The notes beneath the pieces were generated by a model that made no database searches, was not told the DNA's origin, and saw only the letters and a list, made by a program, of their open reading frames with translations. The position numbers and the translations under genes were made by a program. A DNA stretch of 38,586 nucleotides from an uncultured Oscillospiraceae bacterium (lineage in GTDB: Bacteria; Bacillota; Clostridia; Oscillospirales; Oscillospiraceae): contig CAYXNK010000001.1 in NCBI GenBank assembly GCA_964466395.1, positions 4,696-43,281 on the forward strand. The letters are read 5' to 3'. Below, piece by piece: positions 27,501 through 33,358 of the stretch (positions are counted from its first letter, which is position 1; every line of letters starts with the position of its first letter).

Positions 27501-30369
27501 CGGGCAGCAGCATCGTATTGTAGATATTATCAACCTGATCGGCATCAAGAAGCTGCGCTTTTACTTCTTGAACGCCCTCCCAATAATCTCCAATAGGATC
27601 AGAGGAAAATGGGCGCGGATATTCATCCGGGATATTATAGAAAAAGCCATGAATTGCCCGTGCAACAATGCCTCGTTCATAATCCGGCATAGTGGCTTTG
27701 TCCTTGTCAGAAAGAAACTTACCTTGTGAAATAAGCTCTGCAATGCGTTTTGTCGCCTGATTCCATTTAATATGCTCTTTTGCATAAGGCTCCGTAATAC
27801 TGCCGTGACTGAAATCAATCCCTTTTCCGCGCGTATAGGTTAGATTGTCGTTGCCGTTATAGCTGCCGCTGTACTCACCGTGATAGCTTTTTACGTACTT
27901 TTCCCGTTCTGCCTTATCGCTGTGAGTACGGAAGAACGCATATACAGAAAGTCGGTAATCATCACCGCCGGAGCGTAGCACCTCGTCTATCTCATCACCG
28001 GAAATAAAGAAGCGCCGCTTTGGATCATAATCCTCGGCGGCGGTAAAGGTAAGCTGTTCACGCTGAAGGTCTGTCAGCTTTTGCAATATTTCTTTCGGGC
28101 GGTAAAACCGAAAACGGAGCAAATCACGATTTGCTTCGTGTGCGGTTACAAACTCACTCCATTCATCGGTTATCTTTTGCCGCATTTCCGGATCAGCCAA
28201 AAGGTCGGAAATCTGTTTTTCAATCTCTGGGAAACCGCCGTTAGCGGAAAGCGCCAAACGGATGATAGGGGCATAATTTGCTGCAATAGCTTCTTCGGAA
28301 AAATCTCTTGCAGTCAAGGCAATGCTTTCCGCAAGCTTGTTTCGTTCAAAGCTTTCCGCTTGCATAAGCTCACTTTGCGGCATATACCGTCCCATATCCA
28401 AAAGCTCACGGATTCTCTTTGCTGCGTCTTCCCATGATAGGAGCGTAGCAGAAGAACGATATGCGCTCATACCCTCGGCAATGCGAATTCCGTCATTATC
28501 ATACCAAATTGAAATTTTCCGGTTATCAAAGTAAAAACCCGCACCGTTTGTGCCGTAATGCTTACGCAAAAAAGCGGCGTTTTCTTCAAGCGATTTATCC
28601 TTTATAAAATAGGCGCAGATAATCATGCGGCTGTGTTCTTCATTGGAGCCAATACAAAGCGATTCGTCAATAATTTGCTGGGACAGCTTAGGTGTTGGAA
28701 ATAAAGTTATCTGCTCACTTGGCTCATAAGGCGGTAAATCCGCGGCAAAATCAAACAGAGACATTTGCTGCCCGGATTGTGTTTTCAAGCCTTTTATATC
28801 GGTGTTAATGTAGTATTCTTTTTTGTTTATGTGCTGGGAGATAAATCCGGCAACACAATCCCATGAAAAAACGGTTTCCGATTTACGGGAAAGGTATGAA
28901 CCTTCCCACATCAGAAGACCATCATCCTGCGGTCTATACCCAACGCGTACACCGTCAACCATAACCTCGGTGTATCTGTCCTGATAAGACGACTTAATAT
29001 ATTCCGCACGCTCGTCTGCGTCCGTGTGCACAGAAAAAAATAACTCAATTTGACTTTTCTTATATTTCAAATCATCTTCTTTGTTGCCGACAATACCGAA
29101 AATGAGCTTTTCATTCAAAAATGCGGGCAGTTCCTTTTCGGAACCGTCCGCATTTTCTTCACTCTTTAACTGTAAATCAGTTCCTTCATCACGATTTCCT
29201 CCGCCGAGTGACGGATGTTGTTCATCAACCCCACCCATTTTATCTGATCGGTCGCTTTCAGGCTCTCCGTCACGCCCTCGGCTTTTGCCATTTCCCGCGT
29301 CAACTGCTCCATCCGGGAGAGAGCCGTCTGCTCTATTTCCATCAAATGCCCGTTCAGCTTGCCCGTTGTCAGCAGATTCGTATAGGTAATTTTCCGGTTC
29401 TCTTTGAGAAATGTCCGGCGCAGAAGCCCGTACTTCCCAAGCGTTACCTCCGGCTCCTGTGGGGGCAGCAGGTTCGGCAGACGATACCCGTCCCTCATCG
29501 TGTAGCTTATACTCATCTTCAAAACTCCTTTCGTCTGATTTCGTTTCCTTAACGCCATCAGAATAATCTATTTCCGGCTCTTTTGCAAATGTGCGATTTT
29601 GATTTTTTTCACGGATTTGTATATTCCGAACGGTCAGAGCAACCTCACGCAGCACCATTTCTGACATATCACTTGCCGTGCAGCCGAGCGCCGTTACGGT
29701 TGCCGGAGTATTGAAATTCATAACTGGCGCAAAATCCGCCAGCTTCGCGAACTGGTCGGCGGCACCGCCCATGCAGCGCTCCAGCACCATATACATAACC
29801 GAACATTCCAGTGCCTCGGTAAATTCCTTTTTGACATTCAGCTCATCAAGCTCCTCTAAAAAGCTGCCGTCCCGGATATTCATCAGTTCGGCAAGATAAT
29901 CGTGATAATTGTCCTCAACAACATTTGAAACCGCCTGAATCAGCGCAGCATCAAGGTTATTCACCGTTTCCGAAACATCAAAGGACGCTTGCAGCGTTTC
30001 AATAATTTCCGGTTCATAACTTTCTTTGATTTCCCAAATAGGAACAGGGCGGGCAAAGCGGCTGCCGTGCGTGTCGCTGACATCAAAATAGTGTTTTAAT
30101 CTTGATCTGCCGGTATGCTCCTTATCAAACACGGCAATTCCGGTTGCTCCGGCGTTTACCCAACGCCCAAACTGCTTATTCCAGCGTTCAATTTCCAGAA
30201 CGGCGGTAGCGTCTGGGCGCTGTGCGTACACAAGCACCTGTTCCTCAAAGGACAGCTTATAGTTATTGCAGGCGGAGCGCAGAAAATCGCGCCATGTGCC
30301 TTGTGATTTTACAATGCTGTCCAGCGTTTCGCGATACAGTTCTGTAATCAACTCATATTTACGCGCCAT
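21505..30369 (-). CDS. 2,954-aa polyvalent protein: ArdC-N-like + repeated modules + MutS-domain-I-like + N6-adenine-type MTase + SNF2/DEAD-like helicase (DarB-like)
   Basis: Uninterrupted 8,865-nt ORF with GAAGGAGGTG upstream of the ATG. ArdC-N-like QVLVYAQRPDATAVLEIERWNKQFGRWVNAGATGIAVF. MutS-I-like AVGAFYECYDKDAGIVAQAL (26881-26940). MTase motif I ILEPSCGVGNF (25972-26004) and motif IV GNVPFAD (25792-25812). Helicase Walker A HEVGAGKTY (23920-23946), FIDESHYYKN (23431-23460) and LAQRLGRIVRQGN. Confidence 0.9.
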   Translation of the reverse strand: MARKYELITELYRETLDSIVKSQGTWRDFLRSACNNYKLSFEEQVLVYAQRPDATAVLEIERWNKQFGRWVNAGATGIAVFDKEHTGRSRLKHYFDVSDTHGSRFARPVPIWEIKESYEPEIIETLQASFDVSETVNNLDAALIQAVSNVVEDNYHDYLAELMNIRDGSFLEELDELNVKKEFTEALECSVMYMVLERCMGGAADQFAKLADFAPVMNFNTPATVTALGCTASDMSEMVLREVALTVRNIQIREKNQNRTFAKEPEIDYSDGVKETKSDERSFEDEYKLHDEGRVSSAEPAAPTGAGGNAWEVRASAPDISQREPENYLYESADNGQAERAFDGNRADGSLPDGAVDAGNGKSRGRDGEPESDRSDKMGGVDEQHPSLGGGNRDEGTDLQLKSEENADGSEKELPAFLNEKLIFGIVGNKEDDLKYKKSQIELFFSVHTDADERAEYIKSSYQDRYTEVMVDGVRVGYRPQDDGLLMWEGSYLSRKSETVFSWDCVAGFISQHINKKEYYINTDIKGLKTQSGQQMSLFDFAADLPPYEPSEQITLFPTPKLSQQIIDESLCIGSNEEHSRMIICAYFIKDKSLEENAAFLRKHYGTNGAGFYFDNRKISIWYDNDGIRIAEGMSAYRSSATLLSWEDAAKRIRELLDMGRYMPQSELMQAESFERNKLAESIALTARDFSEEAIAANYAPIIRLALSANGGFPEIEKQISDLLADPEMRQKITDEWSEFVTAHEANRDLLRFRFYRPKEILQKLTDLQREQLTFTAAEDYDPKRRFFISGDEIDEVLRSGGDDYRLSVYAFFRTHSDKAEREKYVKSYHGEYSGSYNGNDNLTYTRGKGIDFSHGSITEPYAKEHIKWNQATKRIAELISQGKFLSDKDKATMPDYERGIVARAIHGFFYNIPDEYPRPFSSDPIGDYWEGVQEVKAQLLDADQVDNIYNTMLLPVWESTKPDDRNYDRRNHGIEVIRAYLDGTYSVFGLGNTLEPLSEIGVSSATEISEELPAETEASSSTSGLAQELLHFYEEYDPYGYKDELEIGDNDGNALDKLEQELHNPVLRKNMRDTLQEYLDDTDPDEDIAVDLQLFLEKLDALEDAEPEELPAEKQKFKETVSDIWQSYQALKQQHPDALCLNAVGAFYECYDKDAGIVAQALGLTITRREIPGLAEKQRMTGIPENRLNTYIKMLNDRGYDVALSYGEITDRQTEFHTSKNKDAPVNSYPVGRIDYLGSGGAVGESNEFTNADEFIATIKNQNYYGVPMSIVVYRGADGEAIPTDFAATLDPPPQGFEIIDSPYIEKTEEKKPSAVLAPLKQKRERVLFRALHPEIPKEQRHDFHIRDNELGNGTPSEKYAANVAAIRTLKKIEANERLATPEEQEILSHYVGWGGLADCFDERNPHYQELKSLLDEDEYTAARESTLTAFYTSPVIIGAMYQALSQMGFQNGNILEPSCGVGNFIGMKPDGMDGKIYGVEIDSISGRIAAQLYQNSDIAVNGFEKVEMPDSFFDVAIGNVPFADQRVLDKRYDKNHWLIHDYFFGKTLDKVRPGGIIAFITSKGTLDKENSSVRKYLAQRADLIGAIRLPNNAFKRNAGTKVTSDIIFLQKRDRMTDIEPDWVHLDIDENAIRMNSYFVQNPDMVLGEMVMETSQFGMESTCKPYEDSDLSEQLREAITNLHAQITEYEIEEPDTEEDLSIPADPAVRNFSYTVSDGKLYFRENSRMHPVGVSVTGENRIRGMITLRDCVRKLIEYQTENYPDDEIKKAQTELNTLYDAFVKKYDRLFTRGNSLAFSEDSSYCLLCSLEVLDDEGNFKRKADMFSKRTIKPHIPVTSVDTASEALALSISEKAQVDMEYMSSLTGKTAVELEHELTGAIFRDVSCPVNPEEISEIQKELTHYPLVSADEFLSGNVRRKLQMLHALGQVLPAEEKERLQTSIAAMEAVQPVDLTAAEISVRIGATWIPPEIYRQFMFETFETGNNGRRNMNILYSKCTGEWNVTNKSSDYGNIKAVTTYGTNRINAYHIFEQTLNLKDVRIFDTKIVDGNEKRELNKKETAIAQDRQEIIKMKFVEWLWKDIDRREKLCKIYNETFNSVRPREYDGSHIVFSGMNPEITLRKHQIDAIAHVMYGGNTLLAHEVGAGKTYEMTAAAMEMKRLGLCSKSLIVVPNHITGQWAAEFLQLYPSANILVTTKKDFERQNRRKICARIATGEYDAVIIGHSQFEKIPMSKERQEEMIRRQIQELIFGIQEAKKANAERYTVKQLEKTKKALEVRMAKLNDQTRKDDVVTFEELGIDRIFIDESHYYKNLFLMTKMRNVGGIAQTEAQKSSDLFMKCQYLDEITGSKGTIFATGTPISNSMVELYTIQRYLQYRVLQEMGLQHFDEWAATFGETVTAIEMSPEGTGYRAKTRFAKFYNLPELMSVFKQVADIQTADMLHLPVPKANFHVEVIPPSPLQKEMVAALAERAQAVRDRLVDPSVDNMLKITNDGRKLALDVRLINPLATDDGNSKVSVCANNVYRIWEQSKENRSAQLVFCDLSTPKGIINMNEQDGESVIVGFQNVYDDLRKKLIARGISEEEIAFIHDANTEVRKQELFAKVRSGAVRVLMGSTQKMGAGTNCQDRLIALHDLDCPWRPSDLAQRLGRIVRQGNKNPEVEIFRYVTEGTFDSYLYQLVENKQKFIAQIMTSKTPLRAAEDIDETALNYAEIKALASGNPMIVEKCNLDMEVGKLNMLKANHLNQKYALEEYVYRKYPEHIGLMEGRAKGYEQDIELVKQYPKVPDVFPTMEIKGVTHTEKESAGKAIIDACTKMTGSDAVMLGAYRGFSMVLAYESTKNEYRLTLKGTLSHTVVLGADINGNLTRIDNMLGSFPEKLSNIREELDNTNKQLENARTEMEAPFAKEAELTEKSARLKQLNTLLNLDEKDRSVIDSTPEEDVPEKPKSREYER
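29166..29516 (-). CDS. tnpV: TnpV-family protein (116 aa), nested out of frame (+1) inside the giant ORF
   Basis: ATG 29514-29516 with AAGGAG ending 8 nt upstream. Translation MSISYTMRDGYRLPNLLPPQEPEVTLGKYGLLRRTFLKENRKITYTNLLTTGKLNGHLMEIEQTALSRMEQLTREMAKAEGVTESLKATDQIKWVGLMNNIRHSAEEIVMKELIYS matches full-length Tn4451/Tn4453-type TnpV proteins as I recall them. Confidence 0.8.
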   Translation of the reverse strand: MSISYTMRDGYRLPNLLPPQEPEVTLGKYGLLRRTFLKENRKITYTNLLTTGKLNGHLMEIEQTALSRMEQLTREMAKAEGVTESLKATDQIKWVGLMNNIRHSAEEIVMKELIYS

Positions 30370-30406
30370 TTAAGCACCTCCTTCAAAATATTTTGTTTTC
30401 GGCGGG

Positions 30407-30952
30407 TTATCTTTCATATGACTTTTGCGGACGTAGGTTTGGAATGTCAAAGCCATATACGTTGGCAATTTCATCACCAAGTCGTCTGGTAAGACGGGTA
30501 ATATCGTTTCGGGTGGCTTTGCCCTCATAGATTTTGTCTTTCAGCCTGTCAATCTGATCGTCTGATACACCGTCTTTATAGGTGCGGTACAAATAATGAT
30601 TCGTGCCGTCATGATGAATGGCATCACAGCGCAGGTCGCCCAGCTTATCCACAAACCATGTGGAATAGTCGGTATCGCTATAAAGGCAGTCACGGATATT
30701 GCCGGATTCAATTTCCTTATATCCAAAATACCGTCCATCCCAGCGTCCAAGGTCTGCAACAACCAATATAGGACGGGAGAGCTGCACACTCAAATTTGTC
30801 CGTTCATCATCAAGATAGTTGCTGTTGATGTCGTACATTAACTGAATGCGCTCATCCTCGGTCTTATCGGGATATTCCGTTTCCATATCGTCACGCCAAT
30901 CCTTATAATCAAGAGAATAATTGCTCCAGATAACATGCTTATTTTCAGCCAT
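30407..30952 (-). CDS. conserved hypothetical ICE protein (181 aa)
   Basis: GAGGTG lies 6 nt upstream of ATG 30952 (MAENKHVIWSNY...). Sequence looks globular. No family recognised. Confidence 0.6.
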   Translation of the reverse strand: MAENKHVIWSNYSLDYKDWRDDMETEYPDKTEDERIQLMYDINSNYLDDERTNLSVQLSRPILVVADLGRWDGRYFGYKEIESGNIRDCLYSDTDYSTWFVDKLGDLRCDAIHHDGTNHYLYRTYKDGVSDDQIDRLKDKIYEGKATRNDITRLTRRLGDEIANVYGFDIPNLRPQKSYER

Positions 30953-30961
30953 AAACACACC

Positions 30962-31141
30962 TCATCTTTCCAAATCGCGTTTGATTTCTTTAGGAATAAC
31001 GCTGCCGACAATGTGCTTATCCCATTTAACGTTTCCTTTGTCATATTCCTGTCGTGCAATTTTATCCGCTTCCTCTTGATTTTTGGCATGAATCAGAACA
31101 GAACCGTATCCGATCTCAACAATTTCCACTTTGTATTTCAT
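30962..31141 (-). CDS. small DpnD/PcfM-like protein (59 aa), absent from the ORF track
   Basis: Hand translation: MKYKVEIVEIGYGSVLIHAKNQEEADKIARQEYDKGNVKWDKHIVGSVIPKEIKRDLER. ATGA overlap with the upstream gene's stop. It resembles the N-terminus of the 178-aa protein at 18590-19126. Confidence 0.6.
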   Translation of the reverse strand: MKYKVEIVEIGYGSVLIHAKNQEEADKIARQEYDKGNVKWDKHIVGSVIPKEIKRDLER

Positions 31142-32088
31142 CGTGCGTCACCCCGATCCTTTTTTTGAGTGGGTTTTACCGGATGACCCTGCCGGTTATA
31201 ATTTTTCGGATTGGCTGCGGGAGTAAACCAGCCGTACAGAGACCCTGCCAGCATTGCCGCTTCCTGCGCCTTTGTTATGCCTTGCTTTTTATTACGGTCA
31301 TCGGCAAACATACGGTTTTGTTCGGCATCGTCCGTTGAAAATTCGCTGCGAAAATATCCGCTTTCCCCGAACTTTATCACGATCAGCTCTCCACTGGACG
31401 GCAGCGTGGAATGACAGACTTCCGGCAGCATCGGCTTTTCCGGTGCATAAGAATTTCTGTTCTTTTCCATTATCTCGGCAAACTGACAGATATGGTACAG
31501 ATTATCTCCGATTTCACAATGGCATTGATCGATATATCGGCAGGTTCTTGTTTTTTTCTCACCGTCCGGGTAAGTGATGATGATTTTGTCACCGTCCTCA
31601 ACACGAAATAAATCCTTATAATGACTGTCAATAAAACGGATACCTTCAGCAGCTTTTTCAAGATGACCGTCAAGCCAGTCACGGCGGTAGCAATAGCAGT
31701 AGAGATTGTATTCGCCTTTGTGCGGATTCAAGCGCATCATATAGGCATATTTGTCCGTATCAGCACGAACGCCGTACTCCCGTTCGTAGCCTATTGAATC
31801 CACGCCAAAGGACGCATCGGAATGAGAATAGCAGTATTTTGACAGGGTGCTTCGATTGCTGAGAATATTGCCGCTTTCACGCAGTTCATTGATAACTTTA
31901 TCAAATTCATCCTTGAATTCCTGTGTTTTCAAGTCCTTTCGAAAGTCATCCCATGATGAAAAAAAGCCATTGCCGTCAGTGTCCATGTCGGCTCTCAGAT
32001 GACCGATTAACCCTGTCTGCATACTGATTTGTTGGCTTTGTAAATAAGTGTAATTACGTTCTTCCGGCTTCATTGCACGAATATCCAT
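31138..32088 (-). CDS. conserved hypothetical ICE protein (316 aa)
   Basis: TAATG overlap with the upstream gene. No motif recognised. Confidence 0.6.
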   Translation of the reverse strand: MDIRAMKPEERNYTYLQSQQISMQTGLIGHLRADMDTDGNGFFSSWDDFRKDLKTQEFKDEFDKVINELRESGNILSNRSTLSKYCYSHSDASFGVDSIGYEREYGVRADTDKYAYMMRLNPHKGEYNLYCYCYRRDWLDGHLEKAAEGIRFIDSHYKDLFRVEDGDKIIITYPDGEKKTRTCRYIDQCHCEIGDNLYHICQFAEIMEKNRNSYAPEKPMLPEVCHSTLPSSGELIVIKFGESGYFRSEFSTDDAEQNRMFADDRNKKQGITKAQEAAMLAGSLYGWFTPAANPKNYNRQGHPVKPTQKKDRGDAR

Positions 32089-32357
32089 TATCGCTCACAC
32101 TCCTTATCTTTTTGCTTTTCAGCCTGCTTCTGGCGATTGTCAAGCCTTTCGCGCTCCAATCCGGCACGTTCCAGCAAGTCCCTTTCGGCGTTCTGACGGG
32201 AGGACAGATAATGTCCCCAAAAATAATTGTCGCCGTCCTTGCACTCCCATGTTACAAAGGGAGCCGGAGCGCCGGGAAACTCACCGATAACAAACTCGGC
32301 ATTGCCGACATGAACGGAATCGGTGATGGTGTAACCTGCATTTTTCCGTATTTCCAT
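32088..32357 (-). CDS. small hypothetical protein (89 aa)
   Basis: AAGGAGG lies 7 nt upstream of ATG 32355-32357 (MEIRKNAGYTITDSVHVGNAEFVIGEF...). TAATG overlaps at both ends. The N-terminal pattern is shared with the next gene upstream. Confidence 0.6.
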   Translation of the reverse strand: MEIRKNAGYTITDSVHVGNAEFVIGEFPGAPAPFVTWECKDGDNYFWGHYLSSRQNAERDLLERAGLERERLDNRQKQAEKQKDKECER

Positions 32358-32956
32358 TATCGTACCTCCTTTGAATCTCTGCTTTTTTGCTTTTCTGTAT
32401 GCTGTGCCAAAATGATGAGAAGTCTGTCTTTTGCCCAATTTGGAAGTACCTTCATTTCACCGAGAACATCGGCACGGTTCCAACGGCATTTCTTCCCGGA
32501 ATAAAGATTTGTACAGTAGCAGGCAGTACCGCGTGAATTGGCATAAGAGCCGAACCCTCCGGTGCAAAGCCAAAGCTGGCGGTCTGCCGTCTGATATTCG
32601 GGAAGCAACACTTCCGGACGGATAACGATGACCTTACCTTCAATGCTTTTTTTGTAATCATTCGGGTAACACAGCTCGGCGGTAATCACTTCTTTCGGCA
32701 CTGTCACAGAATTTCTCTCGACTTTCAAGTTTTCACTTTCGGATTTGATGCGCTGCGCATAGATACCAAGCATTTCCGCATAATCGTTGCCAACCATACA
32801 ATCGACATACTGCCCGAAAAGTTCGTTATACTCATAATAGGCACAGAAATACGGATGTTCGCTGCCTTCATCCATTCCTAATACAATTTCCTTTTCTCCG
32901 ATACGAATGGATTGCGTAATCTCATAATTTTTTGCCATACGCTTATCTTCACTCAT
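32357..32956 (-). CDS. hypothetical protein (~199 aa)
   Basis: The start is uncertain (ATG at 32965, 32956 or 32938). GTGAGG lies 9 nt upstream of 32956. The N-terminus AKNYEITQSIRIGEKEIVLGMDEG parallels the 89-aa protein. Confidence 0.55.
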   Translation of the reverse strand: MSEDKRMAKNYEITQSIRIGEKEIVLGMDEGSEHPYFCAYYEYNELFGQYVDCMVGNDYAEMLGIYAQRIKSESENLKVERNSVTVPKEVITAELCYPNDYKKSIEGKVIVIRPEVLLPEYQTADRQLWLCTGGFGSYANSRGTACYCTNLYSGKKCRWNRADVLGEMKVLPNWAKDRLLIILAQHTEKQKSRDSKEVR

Positions 32957-33194
32957 TGCCGACATCCTCACTTTCTGCCACAGCAAGCAGTTCCTTAATA
33001 AGCTGTCCTTTTCGGCGGGTATTCTGTTCGGACAGCACCTTATTCTGCACACAGAGAACAGCGCGGATATTCGGAACGGTTATGCCGGGGATTTCAACCA
33101 TTTCCTCCGGCGATACGGTCAGAATACGCACAGGTGAATAGCCTGCCTGCGCAAAAATTCGAAATAACCGTTGTTCAAAAAGCTCTCTTTTCAT
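32949..33194 (-). CDS. small helix-hairpin-helix-like protein (81 aa)
   Basis: AAAGGAG lies 8 nt upstream of ATG 33194. LTVSPEEMVEIPGITVPNIRAVL resembles an HhH motif. The track's longer N-terminus crosses a terminator. Confidence 0.5.
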   Translation of the reverse strand: MKRELFEQRLFRIFAQAGYSPVRILTVSPEEMVEIPGITVPNIRAVLCVQNKVLSEQNTRRKGQLIKELLAVAESEDVGNE

Positions 33195-33213
33195 TGGGTT
33201 TGCTCCTTTCCTT

Positions 33214-33242
33214 AAATTAAAATAGACGGCAATTCTGCCGCC
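33214..33242 (-). terminator. Rho-independent terminator
   Basis: Minus-strand stem GGCGGCA-GAAT-TGCCGTC (7 bp with one G-U pair), followed by TATTTTAATTT. Confidence 0.5.
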
Positions 33243-33253
33243 CATAAACTCTG

Positions 33254-33343
33254 TTATTTCTTTTTGTTCCGGATTTTCAAGAAGATCAATGCACCGATGA
33301 TAAATGCCACAAGGCACAGTGCAATAATCGTTTTCGGCTCCAT
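33254..33343 (-). CDS. 29-aa hydrophobic peptide (single TM), absent from the ORF track
   Basis: MEPKTIIALCLVAFIIGALIFLKIRNKKK. AAAGGAGG lies 9 nt upstream. Located between the stop of the 970-aa gene and a terminator. Confidence 0.4.
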   Translation of the reverse strand: MEPKTIIALCLVAFIIGALIFLKIRNKKK

Positions 33344-33358
33344 AAAATTGCGCCTCCT

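Noticed and set aside
30838-31089. 83-aa minus-strand ORF overlapping the 181-aa gene and the 59-aa gene
   Set aside because: It is out of frame with two better-supported genes that have RBSs and ATGA coupling. Its sequence has no features.
14991-32357. Many proteins in the element end in ...ER or ...R (KEQER, KNKER, RNFER, KECER, SKEVR, GDAR, REYER, KSYER, KEHER); considered as a possible C-terminal T4SS secretion signal
   Set aside because: In most cases the terminal Glu-Arg codons are simply the downstream gene's Shine-Dalgarno or start overlap read in frame (GGAG-CGC-TGA, GAG-AGA-TAA, GAG-CGA-TGA, CGA-TAA-TG). Three cases (18590, 21505, 30407) have no adjacent start. That is too few to argue for a signal without statistics.
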